A stretch of 64,000 bases of DNA from positions 6,014,001 to 6,078,000 of the forward strand of contig CDPCPM010000052.1 of NCBI GenBank assembly GCA_976551045.1, written 5' to 3'. Below, one piece after another: positions 63,072 to 64,000 of the stretch. A program made the translations under genes and the position numbers. The stretch comes from Glaucostegus cemiculus (taxonomy: Eukaryota). Numbering within the stretch: position 1 is the first letter of the stretch; each line of letters begins with the position of its first letter. The notes beneath the pieces are model-generated. The model did no database searches and was not told where the DNA came from. It saw only the letters and a program-made list of their open reading frames with translations.

Positions 63072-63292
63072 CAACAAGCAATATGCTGGAGGAACTCAGC
63101 TGTCGAGCAGCAGCTGGAGGGGAGGGGGGTTGGGGAAGGAATTGTCGACATTTTGGGTCAGGACTGATGCAGGGTTTTGGCCCTAAATGTTAACAATTCC
63201 TCCCCCCCCCCACAAATACTGCTCGACCTGCTGAGTTCCTCCAGCAGACTGTGTTGCTCCAGATTCCAGCATCTGCAGTCTCTTGTGTCTCC
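63072..63292. mobile_element. PLE-derived palindrome with an imperfect flanking direct repeat
   Basis: Inverted arms around CTGATGCA (63164). Flanks CTTGGAAAGATTGGCA (63058-63073) and CTTGGAAATATGGCA (63292-63306). Confidence 0.8.
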
Positions 63293-64000
63293 TTGGAAAT
63301 ATGGCATTTGGTTACCTCAGTCAAATCACTGATACAGATTGTAAATAGCTGGGGCCCCAAGCACCAAATCCCACCTTACCCTGTCGGTCTCAGCCTGCCA
63401 ACCTCTTTATTTGCACTTGTGGCTTACTGTCTGTAAACCCATTCTCAGTCCATTTTGATTTTGAGCCTTTTCCCCTCCACTAGCAGCTCAGGTTATTCCT
63501 TTATACTTAATACTATCTTAAATGCACAGTCGCTACCCTCCAATCCAGAGGAACCATTCCGGAATCCATAACTCAATGACCATTTTTTCAAAACGCTGGT
63601 ATGTGGATAAGATTTATCGTCTTTCAGCCTCACCAACTTCTCTTGTACTATTTTTTCTACTAATAATATGTTCCTTCAATTCATCATTTTTTCAAGACCT
63701 TGGTTTTCTGGCAGGTTTTATGTCTTCCTCCTTGAAGTCAGTTCTCCCATCTCTGTCTGTAAACCACATAGGTCTCCTCCTCTGGCTTCCTTCCATATCC
63801 CAAAGATTAATGGCTACTGGAAACTGCTCTGAGTGTAGGTCGGCAACAGGAGGATTGGAGGGCGATGAGAGAGAACAGGTTACAGGGAAATAAATGAGAG
63901 AATGGGACTTATTTCAGTTCTCAGAGTATTTCTCTAAACTCAGTAGGTTGAATGGCTACCTCCTCTGCCATGAGAAAATGTGAGAAATCAATTGGTATTT

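Larger units (their letters stand above)
60340..63445 (-). mobile_element. Old CR1 host element carrying several nested insertions
   Basis: Collinear pieces at 60340-60483, 61403-61818, 62775-63071 and 63292-63445 (tail aacataacgtaagaattgggagc; ccaggtgcggtcacacc = GVTAPG-like inverse of the RPHLE region; tcagcaaactt = KFAD). Confidence 0.72.

Noticed and set aside
6600-63250. Recurring AGATGCTGCCTGACCTGCTGAG motif as a CRISPR-like repeat
   Set aside because: The copies are dispersed in both orientations with no regular spacers; the motif is part of the PLE 3' end.
528-63893. Most ORFs in the six-frame track as host genes (e.g. 3792-4202, 5036-5572, 51115-51567, 63522-63893)
   Set aside because: They are short, lack recognisable domains, and are either antisense or off-frame readings of TEs or random intronic ORFs. 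The real exons are not in the track.

Overview
This is eukaryotic (vertebrate) genomic DNA, not prokaryotic. The repeat content (V-SINE/HE1-type SINEs, CR1, Rex-Babar, Penelope-like elements, Deu-domain SINEs) points to a cartilaginous fish, probably a ray; that assignment is inference. Two internal, phase-0 coding exons of DENND1A lie on the + strand (2030-2131 and 22908-23033), separated by a 20.8 kb intron. The remaining >41 kb is intron with no further exon I could recognise. Almost every ORF in the supplied track is either a decayed retrotransposon fragment or spurious. The most notable signal is a dense family of Penelope-derived elements carrying a minimal type I hammerhead ribozyme motif, many arranged as short palindromes that invert at the ribozyme. 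Two of these share the same central junction, which suggests a non-autonomous palindromic element. Also present: a young CpG-rich solo LTR with a 4-bp TSD, two V-SINEs with different LINE-derived tails, a multi-layer nested TE cluster, a strong CTCF-like site and several candidate conserved non-coding elements. Exon, LTR and TSD coordinates were counted directly; other TE boundaries are approximate (tens of bp). Family names come from recalled consensus features, not a database search.
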